Below, piece by piece: positions 1-8,965 of a stretch of 42,873 bases of DNA. Source of the DNA: a virus (taxonomy: Duplodnaviria > Heunggongvirae > Uroviricota > Caudoviricetes); the IMG/VR virus record IMGVR_UViG_3300048930_000283, one strand, 5' to 3'. Under the pieces are notes generated by a model. That model searched no databases, was not told the origin of the DNA, and saw only the letters and a list, made by a program, of their open reading frames with translations. Position numbers and translations under genes: made by a program. Each line of letters opens with the position of its first letter. Position 1 is the stretch's first letter.

Positions 1-703
1 GTCGTTTCGTGTTCAATCAAAGTAAGCACACCCGTTCGGTATGCATGAGTATCAATCATGAGATGATTTGTCACTTTGTCAGAGTTTATAAATTGGGGTT
101 TCTTCACTGGATTGTGCCCACGTAAGTAATCCGAAAGTTCTGGTCGTAATCTGTACCGTTATAATCCACATTTTCGGATGACTTTACCAAACTGAGATCA
201 CGTAAGTGACGGAGAAGATTACGATTCCATACAAACTCATCCAAAAAAGAATAACAGGAAACCAACTCAGAATGCGTAACAAAGAAACCATTTTTACTTC
301 CACCCACCTGAATGATACCATACATCTTATCCTTTATTAATCTCACATACTCGGATTGTAATGAACTACATAAGGTAGTTGCCCATTCACCACCATTATT
401 GATAAAATCTCTGCGATCATGAATTGAAGAGTAATATTCACCAAAAAAGGTAAGCATCATTAGCTCATGATTACCAATGGTTGCATAAAACCAAGGTTCA
501 TAAAGTAAGTGAAGACATTCTTCTGAATTGGACCCCCTGTCAATCAAATCCCCAGTACAGAATAGCCTGTCACTTTCCTGGTTGAATTTAACTCGGTTGA
601 GTTCTTTTTGTAAAAGGACATAGTTACCATGAAGATCACCAACAATAAAGTCACGACCCTCATGGTTACCTTTCAGTTTTAGTGTTTTGATTTCAGTTTT
701 CAT
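1..703 (-). CDS. NinI/PPP-type metallophosphoesterase, frameshifted near position 118 and continuing past the window start
   Basis: GDLHG, GDLIDRG and GNHE motifs; the C-terminal GHNP...IDTHAYRTGVLT motif lies in the -1 frame after YVG. Confidence 0.85.
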
Positions 704-796
704 TAGAAGTCAAAAATAAAAGGTAACATAAACATGAAAGGAAAGACTATACATGCTAGAATAAATAACCTAACTATGAAATATATTACGTTCATT

Positions 797-1363
797 TTAA
801 ATCATCTCCCGTTCTGCATCGTGATGGGTCATAATAGGACGCTTAACTAAGATCTCATGGATCTCGTCAAAGTCCCACAGCATCATGTCGCCATTAGGCC
901 TAGCATCAATACCAACGTCCATGGCCCTTCGGTCGTTCAGTCCAATGTCCTTGTTATGAACATGGCCATAGCAATGGTAGGAACCTCGATGCATTTTGTT
1001 CCACTCCTTAATAGGATAATGAAACATGACAACATCAATACCATTGATTTTGGTTTCCAGGTATGGCTCAATTCGCTCAAACCTGGTTCGCTGTTCTGGT
1101 TTGAGTACCATCTGATCGTGATTACCTTTAACCAGAATGATCCTACCATTCAGTCGCCGTAGTGTATCTGCAGTTTCAGTATAGGAACCAAAAGAGAAGT
1201 CTCCAAGATGATACACCAAGTCAGTTTTTCTGACTTGAGAATTCCAATTGTAAATCATCATCTCAGACATTTCAATGTAGTCCTTGCCTGGACGTGTGGT
1301 CGGGCAGAACTTTTGAATGTTCTTATGATAAAAGTGTGTATCGCTGACCAGAAATGTTTTCAT
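797..1363 (-). CDS. calcineurin-like metallophosphoesterase
   Basis: SDTHFYH, HLGDF, GNHD, FHYP and GHVH motifs. Confidence 0.9.
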   Translation of the reverse strand: MKTFLVSDTHFYHKNIQKFCPTTRPGKDYIEMSEMMIYNWNSQVRKTDLVYHLGDFSFGSYTETADTLRRLNGRIILVKGNHDQMVLKPEQRTRFERIEPYLETKINGIDVVMFHYPIKEWNKMHRGSYHCYGHVHNKDIGLNDRRAMDVGIDARPNGDMMLWDFDEIHEILVKRPIMTHHDAEREMI

Positions 1364-1465
1364 TTATTCAAAAAGTTACGAATCATAATTAATCTATCTT
1401 GTTCAGATAGTGTAACAAATTCCTTATTTTCTGTCAAGTGTTCAAACAGGGGATAGAACTCCTCT

Positions 1466-2350
1466 TCACTGTTTATTTTTGCAATTATCAAAATGCCACC
1501 TTTTCATGTTTGAGTATGCTTTTGATTCTACTTCACAGTGAGGACATTTAAGTAGAACTCTATTACTCCAACCTTTTTTTATACTTGCCTTCCCTTCTTT
1601 TGTTTGAGACCAATTTTCAACTCCATATTTCTGTTTCATTATTTCTGCCACCAAACCCCTAACCTTAAACGGATTATCTATACCATACGTATCAATATTA
1701 GATCGTTTTCTTTTTTCTACCACTTCATCTGAAGATATTTTCCATGACCCAAATTTTTCATACTGCGTTTTTCTTGATTTTTTTAAAATAGATTCATTTT
1801 GCATGGGCCATTCAACACCATAATTAAGTAACATTGTCTGTCTAGATTTATCTCCTACTTTTGGTATTAACCATGTGTGCTCTACTCCATACCTTTTCAT
1901 TAATGTTTTTTTTAATTTTCTTCTAACTTCTGGTGACTTAAGTGGGTTTGTCACCCCATATTTTTCTAACCATGTATTTACTGCCTTCTGTCTCAACTCT
2001 TGAGACTGCATACAATATTTAACTCCATAAACCTCTAACATTCTTTCTTCTTTCTGCTCTTGTGATAATGGATGATTTAAACCTCTGTTTAAAAATTTTT
2101 TATTATTTGGTACTCCCAGTCTCCTCAATACTTTAGTTTCCCATGTTGTGGCATCTTCTGCAGTTGCAAATACTTTTCTAATCTCAACTATAAAAGACTC
2201 TTTGCCGTCTATTTCAATTAATTCTTTTATTGCTTTACTGCTTGTAAAATATGTTTCCCAGAGGTCCTTGGGTGTTGAGTTTTTTGCATATCTCACCCCA
2301 TAATACATTAGACCTGTTGGTTTGTGTATTATTAAATATGTGTAAGCCAT
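1466..2350 (-). CDS. GIY-YIG homing endonuclease with KYG-type repeats and a C-terminal Zn finger
   Basis: YTY..YYG..YFTSS N-terminus; repeated (K/R)YGVxxP units; CPHC..WHFDNC. Confidence 0.8.
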   Translation of the reverse strand: MAYTYLIIHKPTGLMYYGVRYAKNSTPKDLWETYFTSSKAIKELIEIDGKESFIVEIRKVFATAEDATTWETKVLRRLGVPNNKKFLNRGLNHPLSQEQKEERMLEVYGVKYCMQSQELRQKAVNTWLEKYGVTNPLKSPEVRRKLKKTLMKRYGVEHTWLIPKVGDKSRQTMLLNYGVEWPMQNESILKKSRKTQYEKFGSWKISSDEVVEKRKRSNIDTYGIDNPFKVRGLVAEIMKQKYGVENWSQTKEGKASIKKGWSNRVLLKCPHCEVESKAYSNMKRWHFDNCKNKQ

Positions 2351-2385
2351 AGTAATTCCTTATTTTGTTATTACACATATATTTA

Positions 2386-3261
2386 TCAAATCTCCATTTT
2401 ACTTAAGTAATCTTCTACGATTTTTTTTCTTTTTTCTTCGGTAAAATGTGAAAATCCATCAATATTCTTTACATAAGCTACAACATCATAAAATTCCTCA
2501 TCTACATTTTTAATGTCTAGAGATGAAATTTCTTTAATTCTAGCAATTGCTTTTATACATTTGTAGTACGGCGACTTGATCTTTAGTGAAGTGTATGGAT
2601 CGTCGATTTGATGCACCACAAACCCCTCATGTTCGCATTCTTTGGCTTCCTTTACTATATCACCAAACTTAGCGACCTTGTGTTCTGGCCGATTAATAAA
2701 CATATTGTAGGCGGTTTCATCCAAATATGATTGCGAGAATGGGCGCTTGTCCTCCCAGTCAACTAACTGAACATCAAGCAAATATGCCCCATTTAGTTCA
2801 GGAATAATATGTGGGTCGGATTGGTCACAAATCTCAAACAGATAAGTTTGACCAGTTGAAAAGGTCAATGAATTCACGTGCTCAAGATGTTTACGAACCA
2901 TTTCAGCAAATTCAGAATCTAGTGACCCCGTAGTTGAAAAAATCAAACCATACTTAGGGTCTCGAGTAACAGCTCCCATGAAACCGTTTATTTTGCGAAC
3001 AGCAACTACATCTGCATCCAAAGGAATATCGGTGTTGTTCTCAAACCGATTGAAGATTTTGGTGAATGGACGAACGATGATATTGAAGTCCTTATCAACT
3101 ACCAATCCACGCATGTTGATTAGATAATCATTCCACAAATTATTGTAGAATACGGTCCTAGAGTACTTAAGAACGTAAAGTCCTGGATACGTGGTGGAGG
3201 GCACCATTTTAACTAGTTTTGGGTTGTTTAGAACCCAATTCTTGATTTCTTCTTTATTCAT
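2386..3261 (-). CDS. RNA ligase 1 (Rnl1/RnlA-like)
   Basis: RGLV..PFTKIFN, motif I KINGF, YLFEI, EGFVV, KIKS. Confidence 0.85.
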   Translation of the reverse strand: MNKEEIKNWVLNNPKLVKMVPSTTYPGLYVLKYSRTVFYNNLWNDYLINMRGLVVDKDFNIIVRPFTKIFNRFENNTDIPLDADVVAVRKINGFMGAVTRDPKYGLIFSTTGSLDSEFAEMVRKHLEHVNSLTFSTGQTYLFEICDQSDPHIIPELNGAYLLDVQLVDWEDKRPFSQSYLDETAYNMFINRPEHKVAKFGDIVKEAKECEHEGFVVHQIDDPYTSLKIKSPYYKCIKAIARIKEISSLDIKNVDEEFYDVVAYVKNIDGFSHFTEEKRKKIVEDYLSKMEI

Positions 3262-3291
3262 TCCATTCTACCCATTTACCATTTTCTTATT

Positions 3292-3543
3292 CTACGAAAG
3301 AATTGAACGTGCAACTTGTTCATATAATGATTTTATGGCAGCTTCTGCTTCACCAAACGTGGGATAAACAGCTCCATATTTACGACCATCTCGTCCTGCA
3401 CCAACTGTCGACTTATATAGATATTCATACGGCGGCCGATTGAAGAACTTAGTTCCTCGTTTCCAAATAAAACCAAGTTTAACCTCATTGGCCGTCATAA
3501 CATCCCAGGTATCTTCAGTCGATTGAATAATCTGAATACTCAT
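3292..3543 (-). CDS. hypothetical protein
   Basis: ORF tightly packed in the operon. Confidence 0.6.
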   Translation of the reverse strand: MSIQIIQSTEDTWDVMTANEVKLGFIWKRGTKFFNRPPYEYLYKSTVGAGRDGRKYGAVYPTFGEAEAAIKSLYEQVARSILS

Positions 3544-3544
3544 T

Positions 3545-3988
3545 TTATTTCTCCAACTTGATCCAAGTAATATCAGGGGATTTATAAACTTCCATCAGTT
3601 CATCATTATCAATGAATCGCTCTCGCATCACCTTCATTTTGTTTTCAGGAACTCCATGAATGTTGCCATATTCCTTGCAACACTGAGTAATGACGATCTT
3701 AGCGTCCTCCTCGAATGCAGTCACCAAATAATTTTCCAGTTCCCACTTTTTGGTGAAGGTGTTTGACACCACCACCGAATTTCCCTTCTTGAGTTCCTTT
3801 CGAACCATATCGTGGCACCAGGAATGTGCTTCATTCAGCCGATTAGGATCAAAACAATACTGACCATTCCAATCAAAAAACATATCCGCCTCAAAGTGAT
3901 GCAGATTGTTTTCCAGAGCGAAGTTAGCAGCCTTGGTAGATTTACCAGTACCCGGAACCCCTCGATAAATGTAAAGTGTCTTTGTCAT
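3545..3988 (-). CDS. AAA_33 / polynucleotide-kinase-like P-loop protein
   Basis: RGVPGTGKST, EADMFF, VVSNTF, NIHGVP. Confidence 0.85.
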   Translation of the reverse strand: MTKTLYIYRGVPGTGKSTKAANFALENNLHHFEADMFFDWNGQYCFDPNRLNEAHSWCHDMVRKELKKGNSVVVSNTFTKKWELENYLVTAFEEDAKIVITQCCKEYGNIHGVPENKMKVMRERFIDNDELMEVYKSPDITWIKLEK

Positions 3989-4048
3989 GAGTTACATTAT
4001 ATGTTATTTCTGATTTATTATGGCATATATTTTTATGGTGTTGATACA

Positions 4049-4082
4049 AAAGGAAAATCCCACCGAAGTAGGATTTTCCTCT
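4049..4082. terminator. intrinsic terminator hairpin
   Basis: aggaaaatcc-caccgaagta-ggattttcct flanked by A/T runs. Confidence 0.7.
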
Positions 4083-4188
4083 TTTTTAACCTTTAAGGAA
4101 ATTCACATGATTAACTGTTTTATTGCATCGGGGTAGGAGACCTCCTCGGCTCAAACTATTTATCTAAAGTTACACTAAAGGTCTGAAA

Positions 4189-4548
4189 TTACTTGCCTTT
4201 AGTAACGATCACCTTGGAGGGCTTCTTAGCAGCTTTTTTGGCTTTGACACCGACCACCAGAGCCTTCTCACGCTCAGCCTTGAGGCGAGCTTCCAGCTTG
4301 GCGATGGTGGCAGCACGCTTAGCAGCACGCTCCTTCTCAGCTTCTTTCGCTTTCTCCAGGCGAAGCACCGACTTGGCAGCACGCTCCTTGGCGAGATTCT
4401 CGACTCGTTCCTTAGCAGCTTTCAGTTCAGAAGCCCGAGCAGCTTTCAGTTCGGTCATGGCGACCTTGAAAGTTTCACGGGCAGCCTTGAAGGCAGCCTG
4501 AGCTTCGGCCATCTTGGCCAGGGTAGCGGATTTGGTTTTGACTTTCAT
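4189..4548 (-). CDS. Lys/Ala-rich histone-like basic protein
   Basis: K/A/E-rich helical sequence; AGGAG RBS; codon usage more GC-rich than neighbours. Confidence 0.7.
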   Translation of the reverse strand: MKVKTKSATLAKMAEAQAAFKAARETFKVAMTELKAARASELKAAKERVENLAKERAAKSVLRLEKAKEAEKERAAKRAATIAKLEARLKAEREKALVVGVKAKKAAKKPSKVIVTKGK

Positions 4549-4673
4549 TTAGAACTCCTTCAAAAGATTGTTTGTTAATTAATGTACTACATTTCCTATT
4601 TTACATCAACTCAAATAAATTGCATTAAAAATATGTAACTTATTGATTTCTATTAAAAAATCCCTTAATACTC

Positions 4674-4817
4674 TCAAAAATATGATAAACTATCAAACCA
4701 ATTGCAGCGAAACTTATGCACTTCTTCAATTGGGGCCCATGTTCCAATATGATATTCAATAAACACAATCACAGGTATGACCAGGAATGCAGTAATCCAA
4801 TGCAATGCACGAATCAT
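4674..4817 (-). CDS. small membrane hypothetical protein
   Basis: hydrophobic ORF; ATG overlaps the upstream stop. Confidence 0.4.
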   Translation of the reverse strand: MIRALHWITAFLVIPVIVFIEYHIGTWAPIEEVHKFRCNWFDSLSYF

Positions 4818-5140
4818 TAATCTTCCTTCCACGTATTGTGATAGTGATCCCATTCCCACCCAAACCGAAACTTCTTGTGTCTCTGTTGCCGCTTATGACA
4901 TTTAGCTACCACATACCTGCGTTGGTCATCATAAGATATCCCACCAGACCAGGGTTTGGTAAACTTTAGGCGTATAAATTCTTCACTGTTTCTTATTTCA
5001 GTTAGCTTAGAACCAAAAGCAAACAGTATACAGTTCAGTTCCTTATCGAAAAATTCAACTAAATATTTACAACGAACCCGCCGTCTGCGCCTAGCTAGCA
5101 TTATTTTTCTAGGTGTGTTTCTAAATTTTCTCATGTCCAA
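4817..5140 (-). CDS. hypothetical basic protein
   Basis: ORF coupled to neighbours. Confidence 0.5.
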   Translation of the reverse strand: MDMRKFRNTPRKIMLARRRRRVRCKYLVEFFDKELNCILFAFGSKLTEIRNSEEFIRLKFTKPWSGGISYDDQRRYVVAKCHKRQQRHKKFRFGWEWDHYHNTWKED

Positions 5141-6006
5141 AGGCTCGCTCTGATCTCAATGATTTCTTTTAGATAATACGTATCTTCATCGAAGTATTGT
5201 TTTTCAATTTCAGTACATTGATCTGAACATTTTTTGCCAAGTTGTTTTGATTCTTCTGACTCTTTTGTTTTAGATGAAAATAAAGAAATGCCATTTTTCT
5301 CTAAGCTATCAAAATAATCAGTGTAACCAGAAGCATCCATAGGATCGGGACGCATAGGTCGAATGAATTTCCACCAAACATATGCATCCAAAATTCTTTG
5401 GGCAGCTGCTGCCTGAGGTGTTGGCTTCATGTATTCGGGATTATTTGCTTTGTCGATCTCAACCTGTTCTTTATCATCTCTCCACGAGTATCCAAACCAT
5501 TCATCGTCTTTTTTAAGGGTGATCTCCCATAACAAATAATCCACACCAAGTTGCTGACTACGAAATGGAAGTACTTTATGAATGAAGTATGGTAGGAACA
5601 TTTTACTGAATGGTTTCTTTTTGTCATCGCACCGATAATTCATTGATGCCTTTTGGATCTCAACAAAGTCAACCAATTCAGCAAATACACCATGAAGAAT
5701 CTTTTCTTCGGTCTCGTGGTATTTTCCTTTAGTCAACCCTGTCTTAATCAAGTGAGTTGGTGACACGAAACGATTGTAAAACCAGTAAGACATATCATCA
5801 AGCTTATTTTTAGGCCAATATACTACGTCCTGCAGATCATCAAGAAAATCGTCGGTAAACCAATGAACGAATGGTGCCTTTTCCTTTGATTCCTTGTGGA
5901 AGGCATCCCATCCTTCGATCGTGGCAGCGGTTGGTCTCTCGCTGGCACCAAATTTATTTCGGACCCATTTAGAAAATTTTGAGTTGCTCCAATAAGAAAC
6001 GCGCAT
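5131..6006 (-). CDS. hypothetical phage protein
   Basis: 291-aa ORF. Confidence 0.75.
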   Translation of the reverse strand: MRVSYWSNSKFSKWVRNKFGASERPTAATIEGWDAFHKESKEKAPFVHWFTDDFLDDLQDVVYWPKNKLDDMSYWFYNRFVSPTHLIKTGLTKGKYHETEEKILHGVFAELVDFVEIQKASMNYRCDDKKKPFSKMFLPYFIHKVLPFRSQQLGVDYLLWEITLKKDDEWFGYSWRDDKEQVEIDKANNPEYMKPTPQAAAAQRILDAYVWWKFIRPMRPDPMDASGYTDYFDSLEKNGISLFSSKTKESEESKQLGKKCSDQCTEIEKQYFDEDTYYLKEIIEIRASLWT

Positions 6007-6046
6007 AAATCACCTAAAATGAATTGGGATCCGAAGGCCCCAATTC

Positions 6047-6619
6047 TCAATTGACAATCGAATGAATCCTGCTATGTTTTGGAACACTTGGTAGCAAGAA
6101 GTCCATCTGAGATGCTAAGATCTTCCTATTCTGCAGAATTAAATTTTCTGCGAACCCGGGTTCGTATGGGACGTACAATAATTGCAATCCTGCTTCCTCA
6201 GGAGTCCTATTGGACTTGTGGGTGTTGCAGCGCTTGCAAGCAGCAACTACGTTAGTCCAGGTATTCAACCCACCTCGGGACACTGGGTGGATGTGGTCTC
6301 GACTCAAATCAGAAGATGACTTGAAATGCTTTCCACAGTACGCACAAATATGCATGTCTCGTGCAAACAGCGTCTTATTAGTAAGAAGAACACGACGCAT
6401 TTTAAGTGGCATGAATGTGTTGTTCTTCACTGCAATGATAGCTGAGGTTGATAGTTCAGAACGAATTCCGTCTACTCGTCTGTTGCCTCCACGGAAAGTT
6501 GCAACAATCTCACCAAGACTCCATGCTACCAAGTCTTTGGCTACATACACAATAGCATCCTCTGCGGAAATCCACCGTCGAGGAGTACCAGCTTGATCCA
6601 ATGCTAGAATTGCAGTCAC
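6047..6619 (-). CDS. HNH endonuclease (McrA-type Zn-HNH with a PLMP-like N-terminus)
   Basis: RD..CAYC..DHIHPVSRGG..W.NVVAACKRCN..K; GGAG RBS, GTG start. Confidence 0.9.
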   Translation of the reverse strand: MTAILALDQAGTPRRWISAEDAIVYVAKDLVAWSLGEIVATFRGGNRRVDGIRSELSTSAIIAVKNNTFMPLKMRRVLLTNKTLFARDMHICAYCGKHFKSSSDLSRDHIHPVSRGGLNTWTNVVAACKRCNTHKSNRTPEEAGLQLLYVPYEPGFAENLILQNRKILASQMDFLLPSVPKHSRIHSIVN

Positions 6620-6656
6620 TTTATTTCTCCATTTGTTGCAGTCGTTTAGGTCAATT

Positions 6657-7274
6657 TCATTTTTGTGTCATTCCTCTTTTAAACTCGGGGTTCTGACGAA
6701 TAAAAGAGTTCACATCTTCTTTCAATATGAATTTATTAATTTTTCCGTTTGTTATCCAACATCTATACTCATTAGATTTCTTATTCTTTTTAGATGATGC
6801 TGATCTTCTCATACATGCATCTTTAGTATGAGAAGATATCATTGCTTTCTTGTGAATACTTCTATCTTTGCTAAATGATGCTGGGTTAATATCACCAAAC
6901 CCATTATAACTTCTTTTCTTGTTTGCTTCAACAGCATATTCGTTATATCCACCTCCTAAATTCTCATCAATTAAATTTGCCCATTCTCTTGACTCAACTA
7001 TATTATTTTCTTGACTAAATTTTAATGCAGTCGTTTTGCAATCAGACTCATTTTCAAAGTACCCAAGAATTACTGTTGTTATGTCAAATCCATGTTTTCT
7101 TAAATGGGCGCGCCAATACTTTCCTGAGCCAAGATAGGTGAATGGATCTTTTATAGTTTTACCGAAATACTTTAACCCAGTTTTGTTATGTGTCTTTATG
7201 TATAGATATGTGGGTTTAAACAAAATTAACAACCTTTCCTGAAATACTAACAAATATAAAATATTTATCAGCAA
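6657..7274 (-). CDS. Seg-like GIY-YIG homing endonuclease (true start probably slightly downstream)
   Basis: TYLYIK..KYFGKT..YLGSG; C-terminal WITNG..RG. Confidence 0.85.
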   Translation of the reverse strand: MLINILYLLVFQERLLILFKPTYLYIKTHNKTGLKYFGKTIKDPFTYLGSGKYWRAHLRKHGFDITTVILGYFENESDCKTTALKFSQENNIVESREWANLIDENLGGGYNEYAVEANKKRSYNGFGDINPASFSKDRSIHKKAMISSHTKDACMRRSASSKKNKKSNEYRCWITNGKINKFILKEDVNSFIRQNPEFKRGMTQK

Positions 7275-7284
7275 ATCAAAAAAG

Positions 7285-7361
7285 TGGTGCGGAAGGAGGG
7301 ACTCGAACCCTCAAAACTCGGATTTTAAGTCCGATACGTATGCCAATTCCGTCACATCCGC
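7285..7361 (-). tRNA. tRNA-Leu(TAA), short variable arm
   Basis: cloverleaf; TCGGA-CTTAAAA-TCCGA; CCA. Confidence 0.9.
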
Positions 7362-7384
7362 ATATCCTATTCCACCACTCGGGC
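7362..7384 (-). pseudogene. 5' remnant of a Leu-type tRNA
   Basis: GCCCGAGTGGTGGAATAGG abuts the intact Leu tRNA. Confidence 0.6.
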
Positions 7385-7552
7385 ACAAATTCTTAATGAA
7401 CATTAAAACTGTCTAATTGACAGAGTGTTACTGTTGTTCTCAGCGTTTTCATTTTAAGTCCCATAACCCTGAGAGAAAAGACTTTGTATCTAAATCAACA
7501 ACATGAATCCATTATAACAGTACATGAATAAATGTGGTAAATTACTTGTAAC

Positions 7553-8029
7553 CTATTGTTTTGCAAATGTAAAAAGGTTGATTGTCTCTGTTGAAAACCC
7601 TGTGTCTTTGTTCACCAAAAACAAGTTAGGAACACAATCATCCAACAACCTGCAATTGCATTCCTCCTCAAATCTACACCAGTCAAAGAATGCACGATGT
7701 TTGCCCCAGATAGAAACAACATCATGGACTGACAAGTGAGCTTTCATGTTCCTGCGAATACTATTCACAATCTCTTCAACTGTGACTACTCGTTCAACTT
7801 TTGTCTGCAAGACTGTCTCGATACGTTCTTGCATACTCCAGACAAAGTCTAACTTATCTTTCTCGTTCCAGATAGCAAATGAGAAAATAGTTACAGGGAG
7901 AAGGTTTGCAGAGTTCGCTTCAACGAAACTTGAAGTTTCAATGAACTTTTTAACAGTATTGACGTTGCAGAGAAGTGAGTTGTCCCACGACTTAATTATA
8001 GTTTCTTCTAAATCAAGGAAAAGTTTCAT
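7553..8029 (-). CDS. HAD-like hypothetical protein
   Basis: LFLDLEETI motif-I-like and LLDD motif-IV-like sequences. Confidence 0.6.
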   Translation of the reverse strand: MKLFLDLEETIIKSWDNSLLCNVNTVKKFIETSSFVEANSANLLPVTIFSFAIWNEKDKLDFVWSMQERIETVLQTKVERVVTVEEIVNSIRRNMKAHLSVHDVVSIWGKHRAFFDWCRFEEECNCRLLDDCVPNLFLVNKDTGFSTETINLFTFAKQ

Positions 8030-8042
8030 ATATCTCCTTAAA

Positions 8043-8447
8043 TCATTTGCCTACAACAATGTAAGGTTTCTGGAAATTACCAATATTCACTTCAACGTAC
8101 CAACCAACATCAAAGTAGTCAGTTTGAATATCAGAGTTGTCGTGGTTTCCTGTGTTCAGTGCATCGAACAGCATAGACATGAAGTCCTTGCACTCACCAG
8201 AAAAGTGATCGTGGTACCAGTAAGGATTGACTCGAAGGTAATTAGTCGCAACCCTACCTCCTTCCTTCACAGTCTCATTGTAATTTTTGATGAAGTCCAG
8301 AGTTCCTGACTTGATATTAACTACAATCGTTGAGTGGTTGCGAACTTTGAAGGTAGCTTTGATTTTGTACTTATTAAGTACCTTCTTTGTACCCTCAACG
8401 AGCAACTTCTTCCGTTCCTGATTCATCCAAGCCATTTTAGACTCCAA
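8043..8447 (-). CDS. hypothetical phage protein
   Basis: ORF; DIQTDYFDVGWY. Confidence 0.7.
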   Translation of the reverse strand: MESKMAWMNQERKKLLVEGTKKVLNKYKIKATFKVRNHSTIVVNIKSGTLDFIKNYNETVKEGGRVATNYLRVNPYWYHDHFSGECKDFMSMLFDALNTGNHDNSDIQTDYFDVGWYVEVNIGNFQKPYIVVGK

Positions 8448-8648
8448 TTAGAAATCTTTGAGGTTAAATTTACCACGGGAGGTGAGTTCCATAATGACAT
8501 TAGCCATAATCATAATCAGGTGGTCCTTAGCCTTTGATGTGACCCTACCATCAAGTTTCAGATCACCACCGAATACCTCAACGAATTCCGAAGTACTATA
8601 GGAGGATTTACGACCCAATTTAATACATTCCTTAGCAACGTAACTCAT
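8448..8648 (-). CDS. hypothetical protein
   Basis: AGGAG RBS. Confidence 0.6.
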   Translation of the reverse strand: MSYVAKECIKLGRKSSYSTSEFVEVFGGDLKLDGRVTSKAKDHLIMIMANVIMELTSRGKFNLKDF

Positions 8649-8730
8649 ATCAATCTCCTTTTATTTAGGATGATTAATTATTACATAAATCCAAATTAGT
8701 GTGGAATATTTTTATAATTGCTTGATTATA

Positions 8731-8808
8731 TGGTGCAAATGGTCAGATTCGAACTGACAGTCCCAATCCTCTCATGATTGGAGGTATACCAATTCCCGTC
8801 ACACTTGC
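8731..8808 (-). tRNA. tRNA-Leu(GAG), short variable arm
   Basis: CAATC-ATGAGAG-GATTG; CCA. Confidence 0.8.
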
Positions 8809-8809
8809 G

Positions 8810-8884
8810 TGGTGCCTCTTCCTGAACTTGCATCAGGTTCTATGCTTTACGAGAGCATCGTATCACTATCAATACTTAAGAGGC
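8810..8884 (-). tRNA. tRNA-Thr(CGT)
   Basis: ATGCT-CTCGTAA-AGCAT; CCA. Confidence 0.85.
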
Positions 8885-8891
8885 GAACCAG

Positions 8892-8965
8892 TGGAGCCCT
8901 CGGCCAGAATCGAACTGGCACCAAACCAAGTTTAGGAAACTCGGGGCTACTCCATTAGCGAGGAC
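8892..8965 (-). tRNA. tRNA-Arg(CCT), atypical D region
   Basis: CGAGT-TTCCTAA-ACTTG; CCA; 5' end overlaps the ORF stop at 8955. Confidence 0.75.

Noticed and set aside
4193-4501. Plus-strand ORF opposite the histone-like gene
   Set aside because: Antisense mirror; the minus-strand gene has the RBS and the operon orientation.
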